A DNA stretch of 38,352 nucleotides. It comes from Candidatus Heimdallarchaeota archaeon (lineage in GTDB: Archaea > Asgardarchaeota > Heimdallarchaeia > Heimdallarchaeales > Heimdallarchaeaceae). The DNA lies in contig JAAFKI010000008.1 in assembly GCA_021399345.1 (NCBI GenBank), forward strand, positions 1 through 38,352. The letters are read 5' to 3'. The translations under genes were made by a program, and so were the position numbers. Under the pieces are notes generated by a model that searched no databases, was not told where the DNA came from, and saw nothing but the letters and a program-made list of their open reading frames with translations. Positions within the stretch are counted from its first letter, which is position 1. Every line of letters starts with the position of its first letter. This document shows, in pieces, positions 26,701 through 35,423 of the stretch.

Positions 26701-26798
26701 CTAATGGAGTAATTGCTTGTCCAGATTGTGGAAGCATGTTAGAGTTTGCTGAAGGGTGCTTTACTTGCAAGAGTTGCGGTTATAGTAAATGCGATTAA
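20769..26798 (+). CDS. nrdJ: Class II (adenosylcobalamin-dependent) ribonucleotide reductase precursor with three inteins; spliced product about 720 aa with C-terminal TSCPD and Zn-ribbon domains
   Basis: PNSPTLMNAG, LSACFV, QGGRRRGANM, TNP/CGE, CNLGS, IAPTGTIS, SK/TIN, KGITVYRDGS, LSCPD, CPDCG..CKSCGYSKC. No N-terminal ATP cone. Confidence 0.95.
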   Translation: MTEVILSKNAQIVLEKRYLLRDENNKVIETPEEMFNRVASSISSSEEERLEFLELMTSLRFLPNSPTLMNAGTALGQLSACFVLPIEDDMSSIFDAVKHSALIHQCLTKDSLVMTSDGLVEIKNVKSNSLVETDEGVFSVSKVYYNGKKPVYKVETAHGYSITGTKLHKLLVMNKDGKHCWKEVGSLKKGDWLIIKPSNWLGSKIKLPMFEYVPKTGRNQTSFKPILYDLPDILTPELSELIGLYIADGSNHRDGIRFTVGKHEEEVVDRINNLSMILFGKMPSSVEFESVFEVGILSVQIKEWLNFLGFLKKKSSEAEIPKLILESSEENIRAFLKGLFNADGCIRKSGHITYTSSSHKLISDLQIVLLHLGIPTRKYRNKTTGVYQISICTKSGFINYKNKIGFISKKKKYRLKDIKSEDIFKRGQMIPYQNQRIRDWYKTIPKGEKIKVLKEYGGLVYRSEIRELSYQKLKMLTKLEMKPDFFDELLLSEDILYTQVREIKSVGIMEVFDLTVPEKHAYIANGFISHNSGGGTGFSFSKLRPKNDVVKTTGGIASGPLSFMEVFNAATNTVKQGGRRRGANMGILRVDHPDIMEFITCKEDQNRLTNFNLSVAITEHFMKAVEKNEDYDLINPRINKVSGKMNAKEVFNKIVEMAWKNGEPGIVFIDRINQDNPTPELGEIESTNPCVTGDTLVYTADGRGSVSIKQLADEGQDVPVFSENFEGKIAIRYMRNPRKTGTKQPIYRISLDTGDEIKATANHRFYLRDGSMKRVDELKPNDSLHILTKRLQPQKGIYTVTEFNRYWRMYNRGKSDKSEHTHIASFFHNNDKSIPEEFVVHHKDFNSENNEPENLEIMTIDAHYLLHGESIKGNNNPIYKIKKDNKKWELYKKKNPFYQTKGENNPRFGVVLSDGVKKKIGVSIRNRHAIDPNYKKILSNISIKLWQNKRYRKKTELGYRRRAKRKLEYCKKQTDLECYLDKNSVRVRKVCEHCGSAFDLSYSRREISYCSQKCSIEVFNTDEKIKHNRIKSINYAYKKKTENNKELQIKIFKELKSEFKRIPFKKEWVSKCKDEEIPYRLGTKYGFQTYYELKEAAVMYNHRIVDVKYIGKEDVYNGTVDDFHSYFIGGFTSRSDKSKKITYLKTRNCGELPMLAWESCNLGSVNLLQHVKKGKIDWDLLEESVRTAVRFLDNVIEKNQYILPEIEQITKANRKIGLGIMGFADLLVKLEIRYDSEEGLAKANEVMAFVQKTARDESRVLGEKKGNFPNFNKSIYRDQTENLRNATVTSIAPTGTISLIAGCSSGIEPYYAIAFTRNVLDGKKLFDVNPLFEQNLKDLKIHSEELLEKVSSSNTIQGLEDIPEDLRNIFVTSHDITPEWHIRMQAAFQRYNDNATSKCIHENSLMMTNQGILKIKECGYANCDDSFAKPLENLEVLNGEGGNLNKVTSHYSAGHKEATRIRLRNGSVLIGATDSHHVLTPEGWKLLKKLKKNDLVCVRHNFPAIHTQGRKEIVFEYEFKTSSNKIPIPTQISDDLALWLGMLVADGSLTEVTGSVTLHEKNDKIGKIFDDVSIRLFGVKPKTVKDKRTSVKSHIITSRTLVRFTKELIGDNAYNKHIPKQILLGNESEKIAFVRGVTLDGFNYKQGGLIVYNGMSEVLSYELAELLRSFGVPLVFQGMKNVKGHGMSYYVEISNQLLEIIKPLEHHKISDSYFKKYFVQIDSKEVSSLKLPSNHSNYSNLRWLKQSKRNYCWNTVAEELGLTIITPVEKVESNEELDPQKMYDIEVEEKHTYLVSGIVSHNTINFSSTATKEDIANAYMLAYKQGCKGITVYRDGSRKYQVLSTKKPEKQDSKKLTIISEKVEPRPRPEVTVGRTHKIRSGCGNLYVTVNSDETGVCEVFVQVGKSGGCIASQSEAVGRLISLALRSGVKLESIADHLAGIRCPSPNFYQGQTVLSCPDGIAHVLEKYLDGETIVRSNGVIACPDCGSMLEFAEGCFTCKSCGYSKCD
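21084..22361 (+). mobile_element. Intein 1 (426 aa) with LAGLIDADG homing endonuclease
   Basis: IHQ/CLTKD...FISHN/SGGG; block B GTKLH; LIGLYIADG and FLKGLFNADG. Confidence 0.93.
22836..24212 (+). mobile_element. Intein 2 (459 aa) with HNH endonuclease, inserted immediately before the catalytic Cys
   Basis: TNP/CVTGD...LKTRN/CGE; block B ATANH; VVHHKDFNSENNEPENL...H; block F DVYNGTVDDFH. Confidence 0.92.
24963..26174 (+). mobile_element. Intein 3 (404 aa) with LAGLIDADG homing endonuclease
   Basis: TSK/CIHEN...IVSHN/TINF; WLGMLVADG and FVRGVTLDG; block F MYDIEVEEKH. Confidence 0.93.
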
Positions 26799-26820
26799 CC
26801 TTTCTTTTTCTTTTACTTTT
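26799..26820 (+). terminator. Oligo-T archaeal terminator after nrdJ
   Basis: T-rich tract CCTTTTCTTTTTCTTTTACTTT immediately after the stop codon. Confidence 0.5.
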
Positions 26821-26858
26821 CAAGCATAAGGTTTTTTTGTATTAAAGTTTGTATTGGT

Positions 26859-27920
26859 TTGATGATTGTCTGGTTTGATGCTGTAACTTCAAAAGAACCC
26901 TTATTATTTAATGCAATAGCGAAAGAATTAGAGAAAGCAGGTCATGAAGCTATTTTCACATGCAGAAATTATGATTATGTTGCTAGTCTTTTCTTTCTTT
27001 TGGACTTAGATGTAGAAATAATGGGTAGACATGGGGGAGGAACTCTGTATGGCAAATTGAAAGCAGGAAATGAGAGAATTGCACAACTTGCAGAATATAT
27101 TAATGGTCTTGAAAATAAACCAGATTACCATATATCCTTCTCATCCCCTGAATCAACCAGAGTAGCTTTTGGTTTAGGAATACCTACAATTACAATCAAT
27201 GACTCACCCCATGCAAAGGCTGTTGGAAAATTGACAATCCCATTATCCAAATATTTAGTTTATAGTTCATGTATAACTGATGATAAATGGTTTTCACTTG
27301 GAGCCACACGAGATCAATTAGAGCCATATGATGGTATTGATGAAGTAGCATGGTTGCAGGATTTTAAACCTCAAAAAGAAACTCTTGAAATGTTAGGATT
27401 ACATGTAGATGATAGTTTCATTGTAGGTCGTCCAGAGGAAAGCAGTGCAGCTTATATGCTTGAAAGAAATATGGTTGGACAAACTCATCTTGTTGAGATT
27501 TTGGAAGAAGTTTTCGAAACATATGATGGAAGAGCTGTAATTTTTCCCAGATATGAAAGCCAAGAAAAAATATTAAAAAAGAAATTTAAGAACAGAATTA
27601 TTGTTCCCCCAAGAGCTGTTGATACATTATCGTTGTATTATTATTCAGACTTGTGTATAACAGGAGGGGCTACCATGGCTAGAGAAGCAGCAGCTTTAGG
27701 AACACCTTCTATTTCCTACTATCCTAATCCTCTTGATGTTCTTGAATATATTTCAGATATAGGAATTCCTTTACACAATGAATATACAATTCAATCAGCT
27801 ATTCTTAAAGCGAAAGAGCTCATCGATAAATCTGAGGATAAGCTTACAATGAGAAGTAAAACAAAACAAATTCTAGCAGAACTGGAATCACCCACTACAA
27901 AGATTTCCACTTTATTGTAA
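26859..27920 (+). CDS. DUF354-family protein (GT-B-like fold)
   Basis: VWFD.....LF, GRHGGGTLYGKL, SSPE..RVAFGLGIP, GGATMAREAAALGTP. Confidence 0.85.
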   Translation: MMIVWFDAVTSKEPLLFNAIAKELEKAGHEAIFTCRNYDYVASLFFLLDLDVEIMGRHGGGTLYGKLKAGNERIAQLAEYINGLENKPDYHISFSSPESTRVAFGLGIPTITINDSPHAKAVGKLTIPLSKYLVYSSCITDDKWFSLGATRDQLEPYDGIDEVAWLQDFKPQKETLEMLGLHVDDSFIVGRPEESSAAYMLERNMVGQTHLVEILEEVFETYDGRAVIFPRYESQEKILKKKFKNRIIVPPRAVDTLSLYYYSDLCITGGATMAREAAALGTPSISYYPNPLDVLEYISDIGIPLHNEYTIQSAILKAKELIDKSEDKLTMRSKTKQILAELESPTTKISTLL

Positions 27921-27986
27921 GTAACGTGGTCTTGTTCCCTACGAAAAGATTTAATTTAACTCCGTTTTTACTCGAATTGGTTATTA

Positions 27987-29147
27987 ATGACTTTTTATTC
28001 AGAGAAAATGCAAAAAATTAAACCAAGTGGCATTCGAGAACTTTTTGCAAAAGCACAAGGTATACCCGATACAATTTCCTTAGGTATTGGTGCACCAGAT
28101 ATTACAACTCCCGAAGTGCTAAAAAGAGAAATGCGATATGCTGTAGATTTCAATTACAACAACTATGACCAATCTCCAGGCAATCCCAAGCTTCGAACAA
28201 TGGTTGCGAGAAAATATAAAGAAGAATATGGAGTCGATTATAGCTCAGATGGAGTTCTAATAACTTGTGGGGGTGTTCAGTTAGTATATACAGCATTACA
28301 AACTTATCTGGGAAAAGGTGATGAAGTATTGATTCAAGACCCTTCATTCTTAACTTATCCTCATCAAGTACAGTTAGCTGGAGGAAAAACAGTTTGGATG
28401 TCATCTACTAGTGATTTCAAGATAGATATTGAGAAAATGAAAGAGACAGTCAATGACAAAACTAAAATGATGATTTTGAATTTTCCAAGCAATCCCACTG
28501 GAGCTATTATGGAGAAACATGAGTTAAAAGCACTTGTTGATATAGCTGTAGATCACAATCTAATGATAATTAGTGATGAAGTGTATGAATACTATACATT
28601 CGATGAAAAAAAGCATGTACATATAGGTTCAATAGATGGTGCTTATGAAAGAACTTTGACTGCTAATTCTTTTTCAAAAACCTTTGCTATTCCTGGATGG
28701 AGGATAGGGTTTGGAGTATCAACAGTTGAAATCATGAAACCCATGATTGACTATCATACTTATGTCATTGCAAATGCAACTACACCAGCACAAGTAGCTC
28801 TTGCAAATTATATGCATACAGATGAAGCAAAAGAATTCCAAAAATACATTAAAGAAGAGTTTCAACAAAGAAGAGATGCTATTGTTGATGGTTTCAACTC
28901 AATTGAAGGTATTAAGTGTCATAAATCATCAGGATCATTCTATTGCTATCCAGATATATCTGAATCAAAATATCCAACTGGAGAAGAATTTTCTAACAAA
29001 GCCTTCGAGGATGCTAGAGTTGTTCTGGTTCCTGGAACTGAATTTGGACCAACTCAAAAAAATAACATAAGAGCAAGTTTCGGTTCGGTTAATTTAGCGA
29101 AAATAGAAGACGTTATTCACAGATTAACTAGAATGTTGGAACAATAA
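27987..29147 (+). CDS. PLP-dependent class I/II aminotransferase (aspartate/aromatic type)
   Basis: NFPSNPTG, SDEVY, NSFSKTFAIPGWRIG. Confidence 0.92.
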   Translation: MTFYSEKMQKIKPSGIRELFAKAQGIPDTISLGIGAPDITTPEVLKREMRYAVDFNYNNYDQSPGNPKLRTMVARKYKEEYGVDYSSDGVLITCGGVQLVYTALQTYLGKGDEVLIQDPSFLTYPHQVQLAGGKTVWMSSTSDFKIDIEKMKETVNDKTKMMILNFPSNPTGAIMEKHELKALVDIAVDHNLMIISDEVYEYYTFDEKKHVHIGSIDGAYERTLTANSFSKTFAIPGWRIGFGVSTVEIMKPMIDYHTYVIANATTPAQVALANYMHTDEAKEFQKYIKEEFQQRRDAIVDGFNSIEGIKCHKSSGSFYCYPDISESKYPTGEEFSNKAFEDARVVLVPGTEFGPTQKNNIRASFGSVNLAKIEDVIHRLTRMLEQ

Positions 29148-29201
29148 AAGGGAAAATGAAATAATTTAAAAATGATAATAACAAATCAATGGTGAGAACT
29201 A

Positions 29202-29387
29202 ATGGCAGAGGAAAAACCTAAACTTAACATTTACTGCAAATTCTGTGAGAAAGTGTGTGAGCAAGACTTTATTGGAGAAGATAGGACAAAAGCTTTCATT
29301 CTAACATTTTATTGTCCTGAGTGCGGAAGTTATCAAGTATTCGATTTCTTTGGGAGCCAGTTTGAGCAACCAACTGAGTTAGATTGA
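29202..29387 (+). CDS. Small Zn-ribbon (CPxCG-type) protein
   Basis: CKFC...CPECG; SD GGTGA upstream. Confidence 0.75.
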   Translation: MAEEKPKLNIYCKFCEKVCEQDFIGEDRTKAFILTFYCPECGSYQVFDFFGSQFEQPTELD

Positions 29388-29517
29388 ACAAAGAAATCAC
29401 AATTTTATTCTTCTTTCTTTGAGATTGTTAGTGATTTAAACAGAGCCAGTTTCAAAAAATTATAATTCAAAAATAAAAGTTCGAAAAAACACGAACATTA
29501 TATTTTTAAATGAAAAT

Positions 29518-32394
29518 TTGCTATATAGTTATAGAACCAAGAGGGGTTCAAATATGAAAAGACAAATATTTTTAGGAATAAGTTTATTGATAATATTACT
29601 ACCTTTCGTTACTCCTTCTTCACCGATGGCTGTAACAGATGCATACATAGATTCCTCTTTTCCATCAACCCCCGAACTTAATGCTGTAGCAAGTGGTCAA
29701 AAGCTTTTCTACAACATTTCAGAGTTCCAATATGGTGATGGAATTTGGGAAGTTCTTGATATGCTTCTTACTCAAGTCGGTGGTCCAATTTTTGATAAAG
29801 GATTAATTGGATCATTAGAAGGCAGCGAAATTGTTACATATATTTCCTATTTGAATGACATCAATCTATATCAATGGGATGATATGGTTGGTGGATATGA
29901 AAATCAAACTTTAGCTGAAGCGATGGAAATATTCACATTTCTGCAGTTAAACGATGATTTAGGAGTTTATGTAAATGCCTCGCAGTTTTCATTCCCTGAA
30001 GACTTTACAAACACAGATCTTTCTTCATACTTCGATTATTGGCCTTATGGTCATTTTAATGACCCAATCTTCGATGAGTTTTGGAATGGTTTTAACAATA
30101 CATTTGAAACTACGTTTGAAATAGGTTGGAACGATGCTGAATTTGCTAGTTACAATAACTGGTTTTGGTATCCAAATGAAAATAATTACAACGATAATGA
30201 TATCTACTGGTTTGGCTACGATTACGGTAATTATTTTGGGTATGAGTACGGATACGGTGCTTATTGGGAAAGTGGAATGGATCCACTGTGGAATGACAAA
30301 ACAGCTGCTTTAAGCGGTTTCTATCAAGGTTTCATCGATGCTAGAGATGATGGTTTTCTACAAGGAAGACTTGATTTCAATGTTAGCAAGATTCCAGACA
30401 AAAGATATAGCGGTGTTATACCTCCTTACTCTTCTGTATATGATTACGGAATGTATAGAGAATACCAACATTACTATGAAATGTGGTATGAAGAAGGATT
30501 TCTATATGAAGGAGCCAAAGTATACTTCAATCGTGAACTCTATGGTGATCTTTACAACGATGAATGGGAAACATTTTGGAGTGGTTATGTAGAAGGTTAT
30601 GAAAATTACTACTGGGATGGATACTGGAGTGGTGATGCTGACCAATTTGGATCATATCCTGGACCAAATTACTGGCCTCCTGAACCATGGACCGATCCAT
30701 ATGATTCTAGAGAATCTGGATACTTTGATGGAATGCAAGTTGGATACGATGCCGGATACGATGATGGATATTATGGATACAATATTGGTGAACAATATCT
30801 CCAAGGAATGTGGAATTACAAATACGATGCCTTCTTTGATGGATTTGACCAAGGAGCTGCTGATAAATTAGCAATGATTCCTGCAAATAATGTACCATCT
30901 ACCTTGCCATACTCACCTTCAACTACTGATCCTTATGAACAAGGTGCAAACTTCATTTATGAGCGACAATATGCTGAAGGATATGATAGAGGATATCTCT
31001 ATGCTGCTTTAGTTTCAAGTCCTGATGAATTAAATTGGCTCTGGAGTAATGGCCCATTCTATAATATGAATGTACCAGATTTCGAATTTACATTAGGAAC
31101 TGGTTCCATAGTACCAACTCCACTAATGGACTTTACCATGCTTTCAGATCTGAATATGTTATTACCTATGGATCAAGACTGGGAATTCAATTGGGGAGCA
31201 CATGATTACTGGCCATTCAATGATATGATAATTCCAATGCAAACATTCTACGCAGGAACAACTGATTGGGATGTATTAAATACATTCTCTCAAGTTCAAA
31301 ACGATACAGAAGGCACACCAGGTATAACAACTACTTATGATGTTGCAAATGATTACTTTGCTATTGAAATGCACTTGAATGCTTCTGAACCAGGAGTTAC
31401 CCAAGATGTTATCTGGGGTTATGATACTGTATCAGGAATGTTACTCAATGTTACAACAGATGTTGATTTCTATTCAATGACTGATGTTTGGGCTAATTTA
31501 ACCATCGAATATGATCCTGCTAAAACAGTTGATGTTACACCTTCATTACCATCACCAAGTTCATGGACTTACCTGGTAAACAATTTTGTTTTCTACTTTG
31601 ATTTACCAATTGCATCTGATCCAGATTTTGTAGACGGTATCACTGAATTCAAGACAAATGGTTTATCCTCGATTGGTAATCCAATTCTAGGTGTAGATAT
31701 GGTTGGTTTCGATGGTTTGTGGGCTGAAGCTGATGTAACGATGTATGATCCAGCGAATGTTTCTATACCACCCGAACTAGGTAGCTATACGTGGCCAATG
31801 TTCTCACCACAAGGACCCATGTGGAATCCTAATGACTGGGAAATGTATGATGGTTTATGGACTACTGTGAGTTCTATAGTGAGTGTAACGCCATACTTAG
31901 AATCTGCATTGAATGCTTTAGCAATTGATAACTCTAATGTCGACCTAACTGCTCTGGATCTTAACCTTGTTGCAGATCAATACTATTATGCTGCTCAAGA
32001 TATCATGTACTACTATGTAACAATTGACGCACTTATCGACTTTGGATGGACAGCGCTCAATGGAGAATACATTTGGGAAACAATTACACAAAATGGTTGG
32101 ATTAGAGGTTCAATTTGGTTAGGTGTAGATTACACAACCGGAATTGTTCTAGGAGCTGGAGCTAAAGCAAGCTTCGAGTTCGAAGTCACTCAAGTACCAA
32201 ACTATGGTATGAATGGTGGTATTCTATCAGCTTACATCGAAATGTCTATTGGTGCTAATTTCAAGACACTACCAGATCTTTACACATTGATTGGTGGATT
32301 ACCAGCAGTTAATGAATTCGGTATAGTGTCAATTCTAAGTATAATTGGATTAGCTGCAGTAGCTAGCGCAGTAATATTTACCAAAAAGAGATAA
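29518..32394 (+). CDS. Large acidic aromatic-rich cell-surface protein; start probably ATG at 29554
   Basis: Signal peptide MKRQIFLGISLLIILLPFV, central GYxx repeats, C-terminal VNEFG + TM + KKR. Confidence 0.85.
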   Translation: MLYSYRTKRGSNMKRQIFLGISLLIILLPFVTPSSPMAVTDAYIDSSFPSTPELNAVASGQKLFYNISEFQYGDGIWEVLDMLLTQVGGPIFDKGLIGSLEGSEIVTYISYLNDINLYQWDDMVGGYENQTLAEAMEIFTFLQLNDDLGVYVNASQFSFPEDFTNTDLSSYFDYWPYGHFNDPIFDEFWNGFNNTFETTFEIGWNDAEFASYNNWFWYPNENNYNDNDIYWFGYDYGNYFGYEYGYGAYWESGMDPLWNDKTAALSGFYQGFIDARDDGFLQGRLDFNVSKIPDKRYSGVIPPYSSVYDYGMYREYQHYYEMWYEEGFLYEGAKVYFNRELYGDLYNDEWETFWSGYVEGYENYYWDGYWSGDADQFGSYPGPNYWPPEPWTDPYDSRESGYFDGMQVGYDAGYDDGYYGYNIGEQYLQGMWNYKYDAFFDGFDQGAADKLAMIPANNVPSTLPYSPSTTDPYEQGANFIYERQYAEGYDRGYLYAALVSSPDELNWLWSNGPFYNMNVPDFEFTLGTGSIVPTPLMDFTMLSDLNMLLPMDQDWEFNWGAHDYWPFNDMIIPMQTFYAGTTDWDVLNTFSQVQNDTEGTPGITTTYDVANDYFAIEMHLNASEPGVTQDVIWGYDTVSGMLLNVTTDVDFYSMTDVWANLTIEYDPAKTVDVTPSLPSPSSWTYLVNNFVFYFDLPIASDPDFVDGITEFKTNGLSSIGNPILGVDMVGFDGLWAEADVTMYDPANVSIPPELGSYTWPMFSPQGPMWNPNDWEMYDGLWTTVSSIVSVTPYLESALNALAIDNSNVDLTALDLNLVADQYYYAAQDIMYYYVTIDALIDFGWTALNGEYIWETITQNGWIRGSIWLGVDYTTGIVLGAGAKASFEFEVTQVPNYGMNGGILSAYIEMSIGANFKTLPDLYTLIGGLPAVNEFGIVSILSIIGLAAVASAVIFTKKR

Positions 32395-32425
32395 ATTCTT
32401 ATCTTTCTTTTTCTTTTTTTGTTTT
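32395..32425 (+). terminator. Oligo-T terminator between convergent genes
   Basis: TCTTTCTTTTTCTTTTTTTGTTTT after the stop codon. Confidence 0.5.
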
Positions 32426-32451
32426 ATCTGAACTCTAATGTAAAAAGAAAA

Positions 32452-33918
32452 TTAGATAAAGGGATTTTTGACTATCCCTAATTTAACAAGAGTTTTTAGA
32501 ACTTTAAACCCAAATCTGATTTTGAAATCAAGTTTCTTGGCAGCAACACTGAGTTGTTTTACTCTTAAATATGGTACTTCATTGTTCAATCCCTTTGTTC
32601 TTTCTTTTGAAATTAAGTCTATGTTCAGAAGAAGTTCAGGAATTGTGCCAGAGACAGAGATATCCTGAACAGGATATTTTATTTCTCCACCTTTTACATA
32701 CCATCCAGAACCAGTGACTGCAAATCTTCCACTGCTTAAATCAGACATATGTATGCCCATGAAACTTTTCATCATAAAACCTTCTTTAGTTTCAGACAAC
32801 ATTTCATCTAAAGAGGAATCACCAGGATCTATCATTGTTGCATAGGTTCCAATTGCAGGTGGAGTTTTAGCAGGATTCCCTCCAAAGAAACCACCTCTTT
32901 GAGCTTTACCATTACTTTCCATATTCAGTTTCCCTGCATAGTAGCTATCAAGATAATAGGTTTTGAGAACTCCATTCTCGATTAAGTTTGTTCTTTCAGT
33001 TGGAGTTCCTTCTGCATCATATAAAGCAGAAGAAATCATATCTGGATGGATAGGATCATCAGTTAGAGTAAAGTTATCTGGTGCTATTTGTTCTCCAATT
33101 TTGTCTGCATAGACTGTTTCACCTCTGGATGCTTTATCACCTCGTAGAAGTGTATCTAGAATCGTTAGCAGACCTCCAAAAAGCCCATAAGAACCTTCTG
33201 GAGTTATGATTATTGGATAGTCACCTGCAAGAGACATTGTTTGGGGTTTAGCTGATTTTAGTGTTTTGTCAATTGCTATTTGACTAACGTCTTTTGGTTT
33301 AACCTGTCCCAAAGTTCGGCTTCCTTCAAAATGAAAATCATAATTTGGAAAACCATGAGCGGATAAATATCCTATGCCCAATCCATATCCAGCATCTCTG
33401 TCATGAATATCAATACCTTGTGAAGTTTTGAGAAATGAATCACCAATACTCGTAAATCCCATAGCCATTAAGAAATAAAGATTTTTAGGTAATTCGCTAG
33501 GAAGCATTTGTTCGAAAACTTCAGCTGCTTGATCTGAATCGAGTTTAAATAAATCTTCATCTAAGTCGAGTTTTGCTTTATTTCTATTGGGTTCTGGAAA
33601 TGGTTTAATATCGGGATCTTGTTTCTTGGTTTGAGCACATTGAATTGCCATTTTCACAGTCATTTCAATATCCTTTTTTTCGAAAGACGAAGTATAAGCA
33701 AAACCTTGAGCATTGTTTGCAATTACTCTGAATGCTAAACCATGTAATATACCAATATTGTGTTTTGGTTTATCTTTTTCAATTTCTAAATTGTATGATT
33801 TCTGATTTAATCCAAAAGCTTCACAATGATCTGATCCTGTTTTCTTTGCATATAGTAAACCATGGTCTAAAGCTGATTGAATTTTTTTGTTTAAATCGTA
33901 TTCTGACATTTTTTTCAC
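32452..33918 (-). CDS. pmbA: PmbA/TldE-family protein
   Basis: DAEGTPT, LIENGVLKTY, SGRFAV...GW....GEI.YPV. No HExxxH. Adjacent to tldD. Confidence 0.88.
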   Translation of the reverse strand: MKKMSEYDLNKKIQSALDHGLLYAKKTGSDHCEAFGLNQKSYNLEIEKDKPKHNIGILHGLAFRVIANNAQGFAYTSSFEKKDIEMTVKMAIQCAQTKKQDPDIKPFPEPNRNKAKLDLDEDLFKLDSDQAAEVFEQMLPSELPKNLYFLMAMGFTSIGDSFLKTSQGIDIHDRDAGYGLGIGYLSAHGFPNYDFHFEGSRTLGQVKPKDVSQIAIDKTLKSAKPQTMSLAGDYPIIITPEGSYGLFGGLLTILDTLLRGDKASRGETVYADKIGEQIAPDNFTLTDDPIHPDMISSALYDAEGTPTERTNLIENGVLKTYYLDSYYAGKLNMESNGKAQRGGFFGGNPAKTPPAIGTYATMIDPGDSSLDEMLSETKEGFMMKSFMGIHMSDLSSGRFAVTGSGWYVKGGEIKYPVQDISVSGTIPELLLNIDLISKERTKGLNNEVPYLRVKQLSVAAKKLDFKIRFGFKVLKTLVKLGIVKNPFI

Positions 33919-35361
33919 CTAACCTACTACAATATTTTTCACAGCCAACCACCCGGCTGTAACTCCAACGGGTGCTGATTGACCGTCTTTTCCACAAAAT
34001 CCTATACTATCAAGAGGATCTCCCATTTCTGGTGAAACGCCTATAATTTTAAGCAGGGTTTCTAGGGTATTTCCAGCTAGGGTAGTAGGTCGATATCTTT
34101 CTCCTACTTCTCCATTCTTGATTTCATATAATTCAACTACACCAAAATTGAATGTACCCTTAATTGGATCAACTTGTCCTCCTCCCCCTTGCATGAGTAG
34201 AAAACCATTTCTTGTTTTCTCTATTAGTTCTTCATGTTTCATGGGATCCTTGGCTGGAGAAATATATGTATTAGTCATCCTCACAATTTGAGGGAAATTG
34301 TATGTTTCAGCTCTTGAATTACCTGTTGGTTTAAGCCCAAAATGATCTGCAGAGCTCCTATCTGTTAGATATGTTTTCAATATTCCATCCTTGATGACAT
34401 AGTTTTTCTGACCAGGAACTCCTTCATCATCATATTTAATGTATCCAAATGAATTAATACCTGCTGACACTTTCAACGAGCCATCATCAATTAGATCTAC
34501 ACAGGGAGCTCCAACTTTTTTACCTAGTTTCCCTCTAAGAACACCAGCTGTCTGAACAAAATCACCCTCTGCTGAATGTCCTGCAGCTTCATGTGCAAAG
34601 AGATGATTTATTGTTCCATCTAGAACAACAGGATATCTACCACTTTTCACCTTTGGTGCCTTTAAACCTTCCAAGGCTCTCTCTTTTGCTTTCTCCCCTA
34701 ATTGGTTTGGGTTTCTTATATCAATTAACTCTACCCCACCTATATGCCCAATTCTGCTTCTCCCTTCAATAGTTTCAGAACCTTCTCTAGCAACTGATTG
34801 TGCATACATCATTACATAAGGAACTTCATATACGATTCTTGTTCCTTCTGTAGTAACTAAAATCATCCTTCTAAGAACTTCTCTGAAAAAGGATGTTCTA
34901 GATTTAATCCTTTCATCCTCTTGAGCTTTATCAGCTTCTATTGTAAATTCAATTTTTTCGTCAAAACCTGTGTCATCTAGTTTTTTCTTCTGTTCTCCAA
35001 TAAAATTGTCTTCAACAACTTTCACTTTAGCTAGAGTGATGTCTTTTTTCTTCTGCTTCAGATTAAGCTTATTTGCTTTTAGAGCCATATCTATTACATC
35101 TTCATATTTCTCTAAAGGTCCATAAGCAAAACCCCATGCTCCTTTATTTAAAATTCTAATTCCCACACCTGATTCTATTCCAGTAGTACTAGCTTCTACT
35201 CTTCCATTTACTGTTCGAATCTGAGTCATAAGTGAATTTTCTGCTCTTATGTCTCCATAAGGTATTTGCAAATCTTGCAATTTCTGTAATGCTTTATCAA
35301 CAACATCTTGAGACATTATTATCATCCTAGGAAAACTTGAGCCAATTATAAAAGTATTCAA
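33919..35361 (-). CDS. tldD: TldD-family metalloprotease; start probably ATG at 35316
   Basis: HEAAGHSAEGD, YDDEG, RMTNTY, GFCGKDGQ. Confidence 0.92.
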   Translation of the reverse strand: MNTFIIGSSFPRMIIMSQDVVDKALQKLQDLQIPYGDIRAENSLMTQIRTVNGRVEASTTGIESGVGIRILNKGAWGFAYGPLEKYEDVIDMALKANKLNLKQKKKDITLAKVKVVEDNFIGEQKKKLDDTGFDEKIEFTIEADKAQEDERIKSRTSFFREVLRRMILVTTEGTRIVYEVPYVMMYAQSVAREGSETIEGRSRIGHIGGVELIDIRNPNQLGEKAKERALEGLKAPKVKSGRYPVVLDGTINHLFAHEAAGHSAEGDFVQTAGVLRGKLGKKVGAPCVDLIDDGSLKVSAGINSFGYIKYDDEGVPGQKNYVIKDGILKTYLTDRSSADHFGLKPTGNSRAETYNFPQIVRMTNTYISPAKDPMKHEELIEKTRNGFLLMQGGGGQVDPIKGTFNFGVVELYEIKNGEVGERYRPTTLAGNTLETLLKIIGVSPEMGDPLDSIGFCGKDGQSAPVGVTAGWLAVKNIVVG

Positions 35362-35423
35362 ATGAAGGTTTGATGTTTAAATTTTTGAAATAAACTTAAA
35401 ATGAATATTGTTTTCTGTTAAAT

